Origin: an uncultured Spirochaetota bacterium
GTDB taxonomy: Bacteria; Spirochaetota; Brevinematia; Brevinematales; JAOACQ01
Reading direction: 5' to 3'
Assembly (NCBI GenBank): GCA_963835575.1
Contig: CAWIGG010000002.1
Span: 256,001 to 320,000 of the forward strand
Length of the DNA stretch: 64,000 bases
Shown: piece after piece, positions 1 through 9,185 of the stretch
How positions within the stretch are numbered: position 1 is the stretch's first letter
Layout of the letters: every line of letters begins with the position of its first letter
The notes under the pieces: generated by a model
Database searches by the model: none
What the model saw: only the letters and a program-made list of their open reading frames with translations
Told to the model about the DNA's origin: nothing
Program-made: the position numbers and the translations under genes

Positions 1-1
1 T

Positions 2-853
2 CCGGGTTCTTTCCTGTTTCCCTGGACAGACGGCGGTCATAAACTCGTCGGCTATATCGCCGGGGAGTATTTGAGTGCTGCCGCGTGCAGCAATATCTAC
101 AAATTTATCAAGAACGATCTTACCGCTGGTTCCAATTCACTGGAACAGCAGGTCAAGGCATGGATCATTCAGATAGCCCCGGATGCCGATTATATTTCAA
201 ATAAGGTGGGCGCCTGGCACTATATTGATTTACCGGAAGCCTCGAATTGGACGAGAAATGATATCTCAGCCTATATAGCTGCCAATACCGATAATGTCGT
301 TTCTCAATTATCAAACGAAACGGCTTTCTTTGCAAAAGGTAAAAATAAGCCCGATTCCAAGGCTTACACCAATTTAATGCTTTTGATCCATTTTGCAGGC
401 GATATCGCTCAGCCGATGCATAATATCGACTTTAACGGCGACAGCGGCGGTAATGACCGGGTATTCACCAATCTGTACGAATTTTATCAAGGGCACAACA
501 AAAGAGTCAGTCTGCATCTTCTGTGGGATTTGGAGGCAAATACCAATGATGTAACGGATATTGACGGAAAAGGGAAAGAATTGGCGTCGGATATTTCAAA
601 CATGATATTGACTAACGCCGGTTTGATAGCCAATTGGACGAACGGCTCGTTAATCGACTGGTCTTATGAGAGTTATTTGATCGGGAGAAATATTTATTCC
701 AATCTTTCGATAACCAATGGGACTAAATCAATGTTGGCAATGACTAATTTCTCTGAATACAGGTCAAATAATCAAGAGACAGCGTTTATGCAGATTAAAA
801 AAGGCGGATTCAGATTAGCCTATTTGCTGAATACCCTATTCGGGAAAAAGTGA
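2..853 (+). CDS. S1/P1 nuclease family protein (5' end outside window)
   Basis: Frame open from position 2: W-T-D-G-G-H N-terminal motif, WHYID, LIHFAGDIAQPMH, D-x-GGN, LHLLWD. Confidence 0.9.
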   Translation, partial: PGSFLFPWTDGGHKLVGYIAGEYLSAAACSNIYKFIKNDLTAGSNSLEQQVKAWIIQIAPDADYISNKVGAWHYIDLPEASNWTRNDISAYIAANTDNVVSQLSNETAFFAKGKNKPDSKAYTNLMLLIHFAGDIAQPMHNIDFNGDSGGNDRVFTNLYEFYQGHNKRVSLHLLWDLEANTNDVTDIDGKGKELASDISNMILTNAGLIANWTNGSLIDWSYESYLIGRNIYSNLSITNGTKSMLAMTNFSEYRSNNQETAFMQIKKGGFRLAYLLNTLFGKK

Positions 854-996
854 CCCGGATGACACGGATGGGAACTGCTTAAAGTTAAATTAAAAATTGG
901 GGGATAAAAAATTTCCCCAAAATTTATCGTAAGGATGGCAAAATGGCCCGGAAGAAGACGGAGGAGGAGATTAAGGTGGTGGAGGGGAACGGTTAA

Positions 997-1719
997 ATGA
1001 TAGAAAGCCGGGAAAATATTTTATTCCGCGGGAAATACCGCGCAAAAACCACACGGCTGCCGAATTGGGATTACGGTGCGAACGGTTTTTATTTCGTAAC
1101 CATCTGTCTTAAAAACCGGGAATGTGTTTTCGGCAATGTGATTGACGGCAAAATGGTCCTGTCCGAAACCGGAAAAATTGCCGGTCAATTTTGGAAGGCC
1201 ATACCGGAACATTTTCCGTTTGTAATCCCGGATGAATATATTATCATGCCGGACCATATCCATGGGATAATTGTAATTAATAAAAATGATGACAATGATA
1301 ATGCCGTAATACCTGCACCCGTAACCGTAACCGAATCCGAAACCGCGGTAGTAGAGACAAGGCAATGCCTTGTCTCTACGAATACGAATACGACGAATAC
1401 GAAAATGAATACGAATACCGGTAATATGGGTATTACGAATACGGGTATTATGGATAATACAATATCGGAAACAACGGATTCGGGAACGAATAATATTAAA
1501 TCCCGGTTTCAGGACCAGGGTTCGAGAACATTATCATCAATCATCGGTTCGTATAAATCGGTATGTAAAAAAACAATCAATAGAATACAAAACGCCATTG
1601 ATTTTCAATGGCAATCCCGTTTCCATGACCATATCATCAGGGATGAACGGGCATTGATAAATATCAGGAATTATATTATCAATAATCCCGCAAATTGGGA
1701 AACGGATGAGGAACGATAA
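997..1719 (+). CDS. REP-associated tyrosine transposase (RAYT / Y1 HUH family) with internal low-complexity insertion
   Basis: RLPNWDY...YFVTIC, HUH motif MPDHIH, WQSRFHDHIIR, YIINNPANW. Confidence 0.88.
   Translation: MIESRENILFRGKYRAKTTRLPNWDYGANGFYFVTICLKNRECVFGNVIDGKMVLSETGKIAGQFWKAIPEHFPFVIPDEYIIMPDHIHGIIVINKNDDNDNAVIPAPVTVTESETAVVETRQCLVSTNTNTTNTKMNTNTGNMGITNTGIMDNTISETTDSGTNNIKSRFQDQGSRTLSSIIGSYKSVCKKTINRIQNAIDFQWQSRFHDHIIRDERALINIRNYIINNPANWETDEER
1351..1379. repeat. GTAG-type REP-like palindrome inside the RAYT gene
   Basis: GTAGAGACAAGGCA-A-TGCCTTGTCTCTAC, perfect 14-bp arms. Confidence 0.8.
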
Positions 1720-1737
1720 ATATCTAGGGAGAAACTC

Positions 1738-2775
1738 ATGAGAAAAAAGAAGAATCAAATGGTACCCGACAATACCTATACCGAGTTTTTGCTTTATACC
1801 ACGCCGAACGGCAAGGTAAAAGTAGAGATATTTCTGCATGATGAAAACATCTGGCTTACACAGGATAAAATCGCGCTTTTATTCGGGGTGCAAAGGCCTG
1901 CAATTACTAAGCATTTAAAAAATATTTTCGAAAGCAAAGAACTTATTGAAAAATCAGTTAGTTCCATTTTGGAACATACTGCCGGAGACGGCAAAACTTA
2001 TAAAACAAAATTTTACAATCTCGACGCCATTATTTCCGTGGGCTATCGTGTTAATTCCGCGCAGGCGACTCATTTTCGTATCTGGGCGACCGAACGGCTG
2101 AAAGAGTATATCATCAAAGGTTTTACCATGGATGACGAGCGGCTTAAAAATCCGCAAAATATCTTCGGGCAGGATTATTTTGAGGAACAATTAGCCCGCA
2201 TTCGGGATATTCGATCGAGCGAACGCCGTTTTTATCAAAAAATTACCGATATCTATGCAGAGTGTAGCGCCGATTATGACAGTGAGAGCGAAGAAACCAA
2301 AGTCTTTTTCGCGACCGTGCAGAATAAATTACATTGGGCTATCAGCAGGCAGACTGCCGCCGAAATAATTTATTCCCGTGCCGATAGTCAAAGACAGAAT
2401 ATGGGGCTGACCAACTGGAAAAACGCTCCCGATGGACAAATACGAAAAACAGATGCGGGTATTGCTAAAAATTATTTAAATGAAAAAGAGCTGGACCGGC
2501 TTAATCGCGTTGTTTCGATGTATCTGGATTATGCCGAATTGCAGGCAAATAATCGTAAAATAATGAACATGAAAGATTGGATCGCTAAATTAGACGCTTT
2601 CTTACAATTCAATGAAAAAGAGATTTTAACCAATCCCGGGAAAGTAACCGCTGAAATTGCCAAAGTTTTCGCCGAAAATGAACATGAAAAGTATCGTGTC
2701 ATTCAAGACAAATTGCTGGAGTCTGATTTTGATAAAGCAATAAAGCGGCTTGAGGGTAGGAATAAATCTCATTAG
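1738..2775 (+). CDS. RhuM family (virulence RhuM / DNA-binding) protein
   Basis: WLTQ..IA.LF, YNLDAIISVGYRVNS..AT.FR.WAT, RIRDIRSSERRFYQKITDIYA, FFATVQNKLHWA. Confidence 0.9.
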   Translation: MRKKKNQMVPDNTYTEFLLYTTPNGKVKVEIFLHDENIWLTQDKIALLFGVQRPAITKHLKNIFESKELIEKSVSSILEHTAGDGKTYKTKFYNLDAIISVGYRVNSAQATHFRIWATERLKEYIIKGFTMDDERLKNPQNIFGQDYFEEQLARIRDIRSSERRFYQKITDIYAECSADYDSESEETKVFFATVQNKLHWAISRQTAAEIIYSRADSQRQNMGLTNWKNAPDGQIRKTDAGIAKNYLNEKELDRLNRVVSMYLDYAELQANNRKIMNMKDWIAKLDAFLQFNEKEILTNPGKVTAEIAKVFAENEHEKYRVIQDKLLESDFDKAIKRLEGRNKSH

Positions 2776-2785
2776 TCCCAAAAAC

Positions 2786-2827
2786 ATCCGCGTGGGACTT
2801 GTGGTGAGCTTGCCGAATCCATTGGGG
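2786..2827. repeat. REP-like arm ATCCGCGTG..CCATTGGGG carrying an inserted CTTGTGGTGAGCTTGCCGAAT module
   Basis: Uninterrupted arm at 51265-51282; the module's reverse complement is at 18738-18762. Confidence 0.7.
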
Positions 2828-3052
2828 TTCAATAATCATTTTCAATAAAATAAAAAAGGTTCTGAAACAAAATCCTTTTATCTGCCGGGCGTAGCCCACC
2901 CCAAAAATCCCCCATCGTCCTATGTTATGGTATGCATCGAGAAAAGCATCCAGGCGGCTTTAATAAAACTAAATCCTATTAATCCGCATTAATCCGTGCA
3001 AATCTGTGTGAGAAATCGGATATTATAAAAAAGAATCTCTGCAAATCCCCGC

Positions 3053-4501
3053 TTAAATCAGTGTCAACGCCGTAATAACGCCAAAGATCAAAAACAAAAA
3101 GACAAACGCCAGTTTTATTGCCGGAACATTCCCGGCAAGCGCTTCCCCGATCTTTTTGCTGGAAACGCCGAAATAGACCAGGATGAAGATCAATACCAGC
3201 GGGATGATAAACGCGATGTTGTAGATCAAAAGATAGATCAGGCCGGGAAACCGCTCGTCCGAATTCTGGACCATATAGCCGATCACCGGCAGGTAAACCT
3301 GCCCGGTGCAGACTAGTGTGAATAGTGAAACAATGAATCCCAGTAAGAGCGAGCTGAGAAAAATACTGTAGTCTTTCATCTGCATGCGGATGTTATGCCG
3401 GACGGCTTTCTGAAAGAAGTCGGGCAGTTTGAGGATCATCTCGTTATTTTTCCCCTGCCGGGCTTTGATGAAATCGAAAAAGCTCAGCACGGCCAGGACC
3501 GCGAGAACGGCGATCAAAATGTATTTAATGGTTATCGAGACGGCAGGGTAGAACGAAATGGTTTTGACGAATTGGAACAGCCCCAGCCCGATGAGGAAGT
3601 ACGTCAGGAAGACGGAGAAGATGTAAATGATCCCCGAAAGGAGAATGCTCCTGGCCGATTTCAACTGGAGCGTCAGGTAGGAGATCAGCAGGATGATCAC
3701 GGTAAAGGCGCAGGGATTAATGCCGTCCAGAAGGCCGGCGGAAAAAACGGCGATAACGCTGATTCCCTTATTGAGGTTATTCATGCCGGAACCGGAATCA
3801 TTTCCCTCGGTCAATTTTATGATCGCGTCCTTTCCGAAATAGTTTTTCCCCTTGTAAACCAGGATCGGCAAGTCGGGATAGAACCCCATCTTTTTAACGA
3901 ATTTATCCGCGCTCTCTTTGTTTTCATTTATTTCCAGATTATAGTAATTGATGATGATGCCGCTGTCCCGGCCTATTATCCATCCGAGCAGTTTATTAAT
4001 GACCGGAATACAGCTCTCGCAGTGTATGTTGTTCATGATCGTCGCAATATTATTGGATTCAAGAGTGCTCATATCAAGGTTTGTCAGGTAGTTGATTCTT
4101 CTGTCGTAATCCTTGTGCGGGCCGGCCGCGGGATTATTGATGATCCCGATGACGGTTAGAATAATATCCGGGGTGTCTTTATCGTTTGATTTAACGGCGA
4201 TATGCCTGGAAAGGACTCCGTCAAAACTCTTTTCTATTTTGACTGTAAAGCCGATGACAACCGACCTGTTTTTTTCGAGGGAATACGCTTTATCATTGGT
4301 CAGGACTAATCCTTCATCGGGAGTTATGGATAGATTTAAAACAGTATTCCCGGCGTTCGAAACGGTAAAGCCGCCCTCGATGCTCCGGCCGCTCTCAATG
4401 AAGCCGAAATTATATTCGGAAGGCTCTATGCTTAATTTCGGACTTGCGAATAGATATGCCGAATAAAAAATAAAGGTCATGATAATAAAAATTCTTAACA
4501 T
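3053..4501 (-). CDS. CcdA/DsbD-type membrane redox protein with N-terminal Ig-like (DUF1573-like) and CxxC thioredoxin-like domains
   Basis: YNFG.I...F.VSNAG..L; CESC; GLLDGINPCAF and LVCTGQVYLP; multiple TM helices. Confidence 0.75.
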   Translation of the reverse strand: MLRIFIIMTFIFYSAYLFASPKLSIEPSEYNFGFIESGRSIEGGFTVSNAGNTVLNLSITPDEGLVLTNDKAYSLEKNRSVVIGFTVKIEKSFDGVLSRHIAVKSNDKDTPDIILTVIGIINNPAAGPHKDYDRRINYLTNLDMSTLESNNIATIMNNIHCESCIPVINKLLGWIIGRDSGIIINYYNLEINENKESADKFVKKMGFYPDLPILVYKGKNYFGKDAIIKLTEGNDSGSGMNNLNKGISVIAVFSAGLLDGINPCAFTVIILLISYLTLQLKSARSILLSGIIYIFSVFLTYFLIGLGLFQFVKTISFYPAVSITIKYILIAVLAVLAVLSFFDFIKARQGKNNEMILKLPDFFQKAVRHNIRMQMKDYSIFLSSLLLGFIVSLFTLVCTGQVYLPVIGYMVQNSDERFPGLIYLLIYNIAFIIPLVLIFILVYFGVSSKKIGEALAGNVPAIKLAFVFLFLIFGVITALTLI

Positions 4502-4679
4502 TTTTCACGTCCTTATGATGCATTGAAGCATGTTTACCCTTTGTTTTACAGGCTTCAAGGCCCGTTTTGTTGACTGTTATTATAACTCTTTTTATACTTA
4601 ATGTACATGAAAAAGGCTGGTTTTTCAAAGAGGCTTTAATTCATAAACCCGATATTCATTATGCTGGAGGAATAGCGTT

Positions 4680-6005
4680 ATGAAAAGAAAAAATATTTTG
4701 ATAAATTTTCCGGCGGTCATTTTGATTCTCTCCGTCCTGGCTTTAGCAGGATGCGCCGTTAAGAAGAAACCTCTCGGCTTTCATGCCCTGAAGATAAACG
4801 GGCAGTTCGTGGATGCCGTAATTTTTCAGGAAGAATATAACAAGTATTTTGAAAATTTCAGCAAAAATTCCAGGATAATGAGGATGACTGATGATGAACG
4901 AGAGGCAGAGGTTCTCCAGAAAGTTATAGATAGGGAGATTACTGAAAATTACATCACAAACCGCAAGGATATCGTTGTCACGGATCAGGAAGCGGCTGAT
5001 TTTTTGAACCATTATATCAAGCCGGGCATGTATATGGATATTGATGAGGATGAGCCGGTTCCCCTGAGCTACAGGGATGTCGTTGTCAGCCAGGCAATTT
5101 TTTACTCCGTCAAACCCTATCTGATGAGGATGAAGATCATCCCTGAACTGGCCGGAAAGTATCATATTACCGTCAGTCAGAAAGAGATAAAGGATGAATA
5201 CAATCGGCAGCTTAAAAATAATTATCTTGTCATCGGGAGGCATATAGTTTTGCCGAATGGGCAGATGGAGCTCGCCAATGAACTCGCGGAAAAAATGAAA
5301 AAAGAGTCCGATGTCGCCGATCTGGTCCAGAAATATTCCATAGACGCCGACGCGAAGGATAAAGGCGGGGTGATGGGGAATATCGCCAATGCCCCGATTA
5401 CGCCCGATTTTCCAAAAAAAATGCTGAATGTCAGGCCAAGGGAAATCATCAAGCCTATCCAGCTTAAATACGGGATCGAGATCATCAGGATAGATGATGT
5501 CCTCCAGTTTAATCATACAGAGGATGAGATCGGGAAAAGCATCCTGATGAATAAATTCTATACTTCACCGGCCTATCATGACTGGGTGGAAACTCTGAAA
5601 TCCGGCAATAATATAGAAGTTGTCGATCCGGTATTCAAGGCATACGATCTTTATAAAACCGGCAAATACGCGGAAGCCGCGCCTCTCTTCATAAAATTAT
5701 ACCAGACCGGGAAAGCTCGTGATAAACTGGACATGGCAGTGGACAGTTTTAAAAAATCGGGTGATGGAATTGATGTTGTCCATTGGAGTGAGGAAGGCGT
5801 AAAAGCTTTTCCCGCTTTCAGGTGGAATTATTATCTGTCCCAGGCCGTTGGGTTCATGATGCAGCAGAAAACAAATGACTGTCTCCTGGCCATGAAGAAC
5901 GCTGAAAAAGCGGCCGGCGATGAAATCTTAAAAGAAATAACCGATCAGTATTTTGCATTGGGTTTGACCAACGAGGGCAGCAGATATAGCAGCGGCGGAA
6001 AATAA
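4680..6005 (+). CDS. PpiC/PrsA-like peptidyl-prolyl isomerase lipoprotein with C-terminal TPR-like region
   Basis: Lipobox LAGC; RHIV..., KYSID...KDKGGVMG, PIQLKYGIEII parvulin-like motifs. Confidence 0.65.
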   Translation: MKRKNILINFPAVILILSVLALAGCAVKKKPLGFHALKINGQFVDAVIFQEEYNKYFENFSKNSRIMRMTDDEREAEVLQKVIDREITENYITNRKDIVVTDQEAADFLNHYIKPGMYMDIDEDEPVPLSYRDVVVSQAIFYSVKPYLMRMKIIPELAGKYHITVSQKEIKDEYNRQLKNNYLVIGRHIVLPNGQMELANELAEKMKKESDVADLVQKYSIDADAKDKGGVMGNIANAPITPDFPKKMLNVRPREIIKPIQLKYGIEIIRIDDVLQFNHTEDEIGKSILMNKFYTSPAYHDWVETLKSGNNIEVVDPVFKAYDLYKTGKYAEAAPLFIKLYQTGKARDKLDMAVDSFKKSGDGIDVVHWSEEGVKAFPAFRWNYYLSQAVGFMMQQKTNDCLLAMKNAEKAAGDEILKEITDQYFALGLTNEGSRYSSGGK

Positions 6006-6101
6006 CCGGATTCCATTAATTCCTTCATTAAATCATACCTGATAATTCTTAAACAATTCAACAGACATATTCATGTCGCTTATCACAATAAAGTTTAATC
6101 A

Positions 6102-6189
6102 TACTTATAGTCGGACAAAAACAGTACTTTTCGTACGGACAAATCCATACCTCATGGTCTGGTAAATTTATTTTAATATTTGATATAAT
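6102..6189 (+). promoter_or_regulatory. Triple 23-bp-periodic direct repeat plus -10 box upstream of first GH9 gene
   Basis: TAC-starting units at 6102, 6125, 6148; TATAAT at 6184-6189; same layout at 9186-9272. Confidence 0.6.
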
Positions 6190-6277
6190 ATTTATGTTTC
6201 AATTTGTTAATGATAAGGTCAAGCATTATTTAATAGAGTAAATTATTTATAGAAAATATAAAAGTAAGGAGGAAAAA

Positions 6278-8116
6278 ATGAAAACAAGTGGAAAAATCCT
6301 GGTAAGATTATCGATTGTTGCCGCGGTTGTTTTGAGCTTTATTGTTTTTACAGCCTGCTCTCTTCAAAATCCCGACAACAACGGCAGTACAACTGTCCAG
6401 AACAGTACAACACAGACAAGGGCTTTTGCCGGGATGACGGAAGCGCTTACATTCTTTCACGCCAATTATTGCGGCTCAGGCCAGACCGTTTCCTGGAGAA
6501 GCAACTGTCATATGGGCGACAATCCCACCGGCGGTTACCATGACGCCGGCGACCACGTGAAGTTCAATCTTCCCGCGGCTTTCATGGCATCGATGCTCTG
6601 CTGGGCCGATTATGAATACGGCGGATTTTCAGCAGACGCGGAAATTTCAAGGGCCCTCAGCTATCTGAGCGCATGCTGGAACGGCAGCACTTATATCTAT
6701 CAGGTGGGCGACGGCGGTACAGACCATGCCTACTGGGGTTCTCCCGAACTTCAGACCGGTGCAAGGCCGTCATACAGCACGACCCAGGCTTCAGCCGCAA
6801 TGGCGCAGGCCGCCGCTGCTTTCGCGCTGGCCTCTATTACCGGCCATACAGGCGGCAATATCAATACTGCAAAATCCCTTTTTACAGCCGCTGACAACGC
6901 AAAGAGTGATGCCGGGTATGCAGCAGCCGCTAATGGTTATTATACATCAGGCGGATTCTATGACGATTTGATGTGGGCCGCTGTATGGCTCTATATTGCC
7001 ACAAGCGATTCGTCTTATCTGACAAAGGCTGAAGGCTATTACAGCAATCTGAATGCCGATATCATCTGGACACATTGCTGGGATGATTCTCGCTACGGCG
7101 CCATCCTGAAGCTCGCCCAGCTGACCGGCAAATCGGTCTATATCAACCGGGTCGAAACCAACCTTGACTGGTGGCAGAAAGGCACCAGCGGCGGTATTAC
7201 CTATACGCCCGGCGGACTGCCCTATCTGAACAACTGGGGATGCCTGCGCTATGCTTCTGCCGAAGCTTTCCTGGCCAAGATATGGGCCGATTATACATCA
7301 TTGGGCACTGCCAGCAAGAAAGCCGGCTATAAGACTTTTGCCAACAATGTGCTCAATTATATTGAAGGATCCAATCCTCAGAGTGAATGCTACATTATCG
7401 GTGTTGGAAGCAAATACCCTCAGTGTCCTCACCACCGTGCGGCAAATCCGGGCAAGACTTGCCCTTCATTGCATGTGCTCACAGGAGCCATGCCCGGCGG
7501 GCCTGATTCAGGTGATAACTTTGTCGATGATCCGAATCAGTACCAGTATACTGAACCTGCTATCGACTACAACGCATGTCTTGTTGCCGCTCTCGCGGCC
7601 GCAAACGGCACGCTGAAATCCCATAATTATTCCTCAGCCAGCAGTTCTTCGACAGCTTCGAGCCAGGCTAGCGTCGCTTCTTCAGCGGCAGTTAGCTCCA
7701 GCCGTTCGAGTGTTGCTTCTTCTGCTGCTGTAAGTTCCAGCCGTTCAAGTGTTGCATCCAGTGCGGCGGCTTCCAGTACAGCTGCCTCATCAGGCGGTTA
7801 CGCTGTGAATTATACTGTTAATAATGACTGGGGTGCGGGCGCAACATGCACAGTGACCATCAAGAACAACAGCGCTACAGCAGTGAATGGATGGACATTA
7901 GTCTGGACATTCGCCGGCAATCAGACGCTGACGCAGATTTGGAACGCGACATATACTGCGAGCGGCGCAACAATTACTGTTAAGAATGCAAGCTTTAACA
8001 ATATCATCGGCGCGAGCGGCGGAACGCAGAGCTTCGGCTTCAATCTGAGCTACAGCGGTTCGAACGCCAAACCGGCTTCGTTCACATTGAACGGAACGGC
8101 ATGCACAACATATTGA
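6278..8116 (+). CDS. GH9 endoglucanase lipoprotein with Ser-rich linker and C-terminal CBM2
   Basis: GGYHDAGDHVKF, PHHR, TEPAIDYNA; CBM2 NDWGAG...WTLVW...QIWNA...SFGF...NGTAC; lipobox FTAC; SD AAGGAGG. Confidence 0.93.
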   Translation: MKTSGKILVRLSIVAAVVLSFIVFTACSLQNPDNNGSTTVQNSTTQTRAFAGMTEALTFFHANYCGSGQTVSWRSNCHMGDNPTGGYHDAGDHVKFNLPAAFMASMLCWADYEYGGFSADAEISRALSYLSACWNGSTYIYQVGDGGTDHAYWGSPELQTGARPSYSTTQASAAMAQAAAAFALASITGHTGGNINTAKSLFTAADNAKSDAGYAAAANGYYTSGGFYDDLMWAAVWLYIATSDSSYLTKAEGYYSNLNADIIWTHCWDDSRYGAILKLAQLTGKSVYINRVETNLDWWQKGTSGGITYTPGGLPYLNNWGCLRYASAEAFLAKIWADYTSLGTASKKAGYKTFANNVLNYIEGSNPQSECYIIGVGSKYPQCPHHRAANPGKTCPSLHVLTGAMPGGPDSGDNFVDDPNQYQYTEPAIDYNACLVAALAAANGTLKSHNYSSASSSSTASSQASVASSAAVSSSRSSVASSAAVSSSRSSVASSAAASSTAASSGGYAVNYTVNNDWGAGATCTVTIKNNSATAVNGWTLVWTFAGNQTLTQIWNATYTASGATITVKNASFNNIIGASGGTQSFGFNLSYSGSNAKPASFTLNGTACTTY

Positions 8117-8159
8117 TAACAATTTTCTTCCTGCTCTATTAGATGCAGGTCTTATTATG

Positions 8160-8196
8160 AAAAAAGGCCTCCCTATAATGAGGGAGGCCTTTTTTT
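8160..8196 (+). terminator. Rho-independent terminator (intron target)
   Basis: AGGCCTCCCT-ATAATG-AGGGAGGCCT followed by a T tract. Confidence 0.9.
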
Positions 8197-8199
8197 ATT

Positions 8200-9077
8200 G
8201 TGCGCCCGGCAGGGCGCACGTTCTTGCGGGTGAAAGTCCCGTATGCACCCGGTAAGGGGAATCCCTCACCAGTTTGTGAACTTCTCCGGGCAGCCGGACA
8301 AACTGGTGAGGGACAGACGGCAAGGGTGTCCGCCGTGAGGCGGAATCTGAAGGAAGCTGCAGGCAAAGCACTGGTCTGACGAACAGAAACCGCATAGAGG
8401 CGGCACTGCTGGGTGAGACGGCAATTATCGTTAAAGCCCGATACTTACACAGAAAGCAATGACGTAGATGCGGCAGACATAAGTGTGAAGGAACGAGCGC
8501 ATTACCCGGGGAGGTCTGACAGCCTGCCACATATTGGCTATTGTCATCGAAAGGTGATAAGAGGGGTTTTCAGAAGTCAGCAGAAGCCATAGTAACCTCT
8601 TGACCGGAGGCGAAGGGCAGAACCAAACTATAGGAGTACCGCTATGAATCCTGACACGGTAACTTACGCAGAAGCGGAAGGAAACTTTCCGGCTTTGACA
8701 AAGGATAGGGACGGAATTCCGAAGAATAGCCAAAGCGCGTGTATCCGTGCAGAGAGTCAAAGAAGGAGTACACCGGATGAAACAAATTTAATAGAGCGTC
8801 TGGTCAAACGCGAGAACATGCTGGAAGCTTATCACAGGGTGGTAAGCAATAAGGGGGCGGCGGGAGTTGACGGAGTCACTGTAAAACAGCTAAAAGGCTT
8901 CATCAACAAACATATGAACATCGCCTTTCCTAAGAAATTATTCGACAGTATGGGACTCGTATCGATGCTGAACAAGATTTGTATTTATCAGAAATTATAT
9001 TTTGGAACCGCCGTATACGGAACCGTACGTACGGTGGTGTGAGAGGTCGGCGGGTGTAAACCCGCCTCCTACTCAAT
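8200..9077 (+). mobile_element. Class IIC group II intron, copy 1, with internally deleted RT/maturase ORF
   Basis: 5' GTGCGCCCGGCA; domain I motifs GGGTGAAAGTCCC, GCAAGGGTGTCC, GGAATCTGAAGGAAGC; TTACCCGGGGAGGTCT; domain V GAACCGCCGTATACGGAACCGTACGTACGGTGGTGT (CGC triad); domain VI ending CCTACTCAAT; directly after a terminator. Confidence 0.93.
8644..9042 (+). pseudogene. Intron-encoded protein remnant: RT0 region fused in frame to maturase (X) C-terminal tail
   Basis: ENMLEAYHRVVSNKGAAGVDGVTV joined to HMNIAFPKKLFDSMGLVSM; no PQG or YADD motif. Confidence 0.85.
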
Positions 9078-9185
9078 TACAGGGATTTATTTTTAGATAA
9101 TCATATTAATTTCTTTTATAATAACGAGTTACCATTATTATGTTTAATAATCTTTTGAACTGAACAATTTTTAATATTCCTGTCT

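Noticed and set aside
997..1719. IS200/IS605 element with TnpB or IscB
   Set aside because: No tnpB/iscB neighbour; motifs fit RAYT, and the downstream gene is RhuM.
3395..5516. Long opposite-strand ORFs 3395-4159 and 4743-5516 (and similar ones elsewhere)
   Set aside because: Antisense shadows of well-supported genes.
8139..8760. Minus-strand ORFs over the intron (also 54653-55231)
   Set aside because: They overlap conserved ribozyme domains and have no recognisable protein features.
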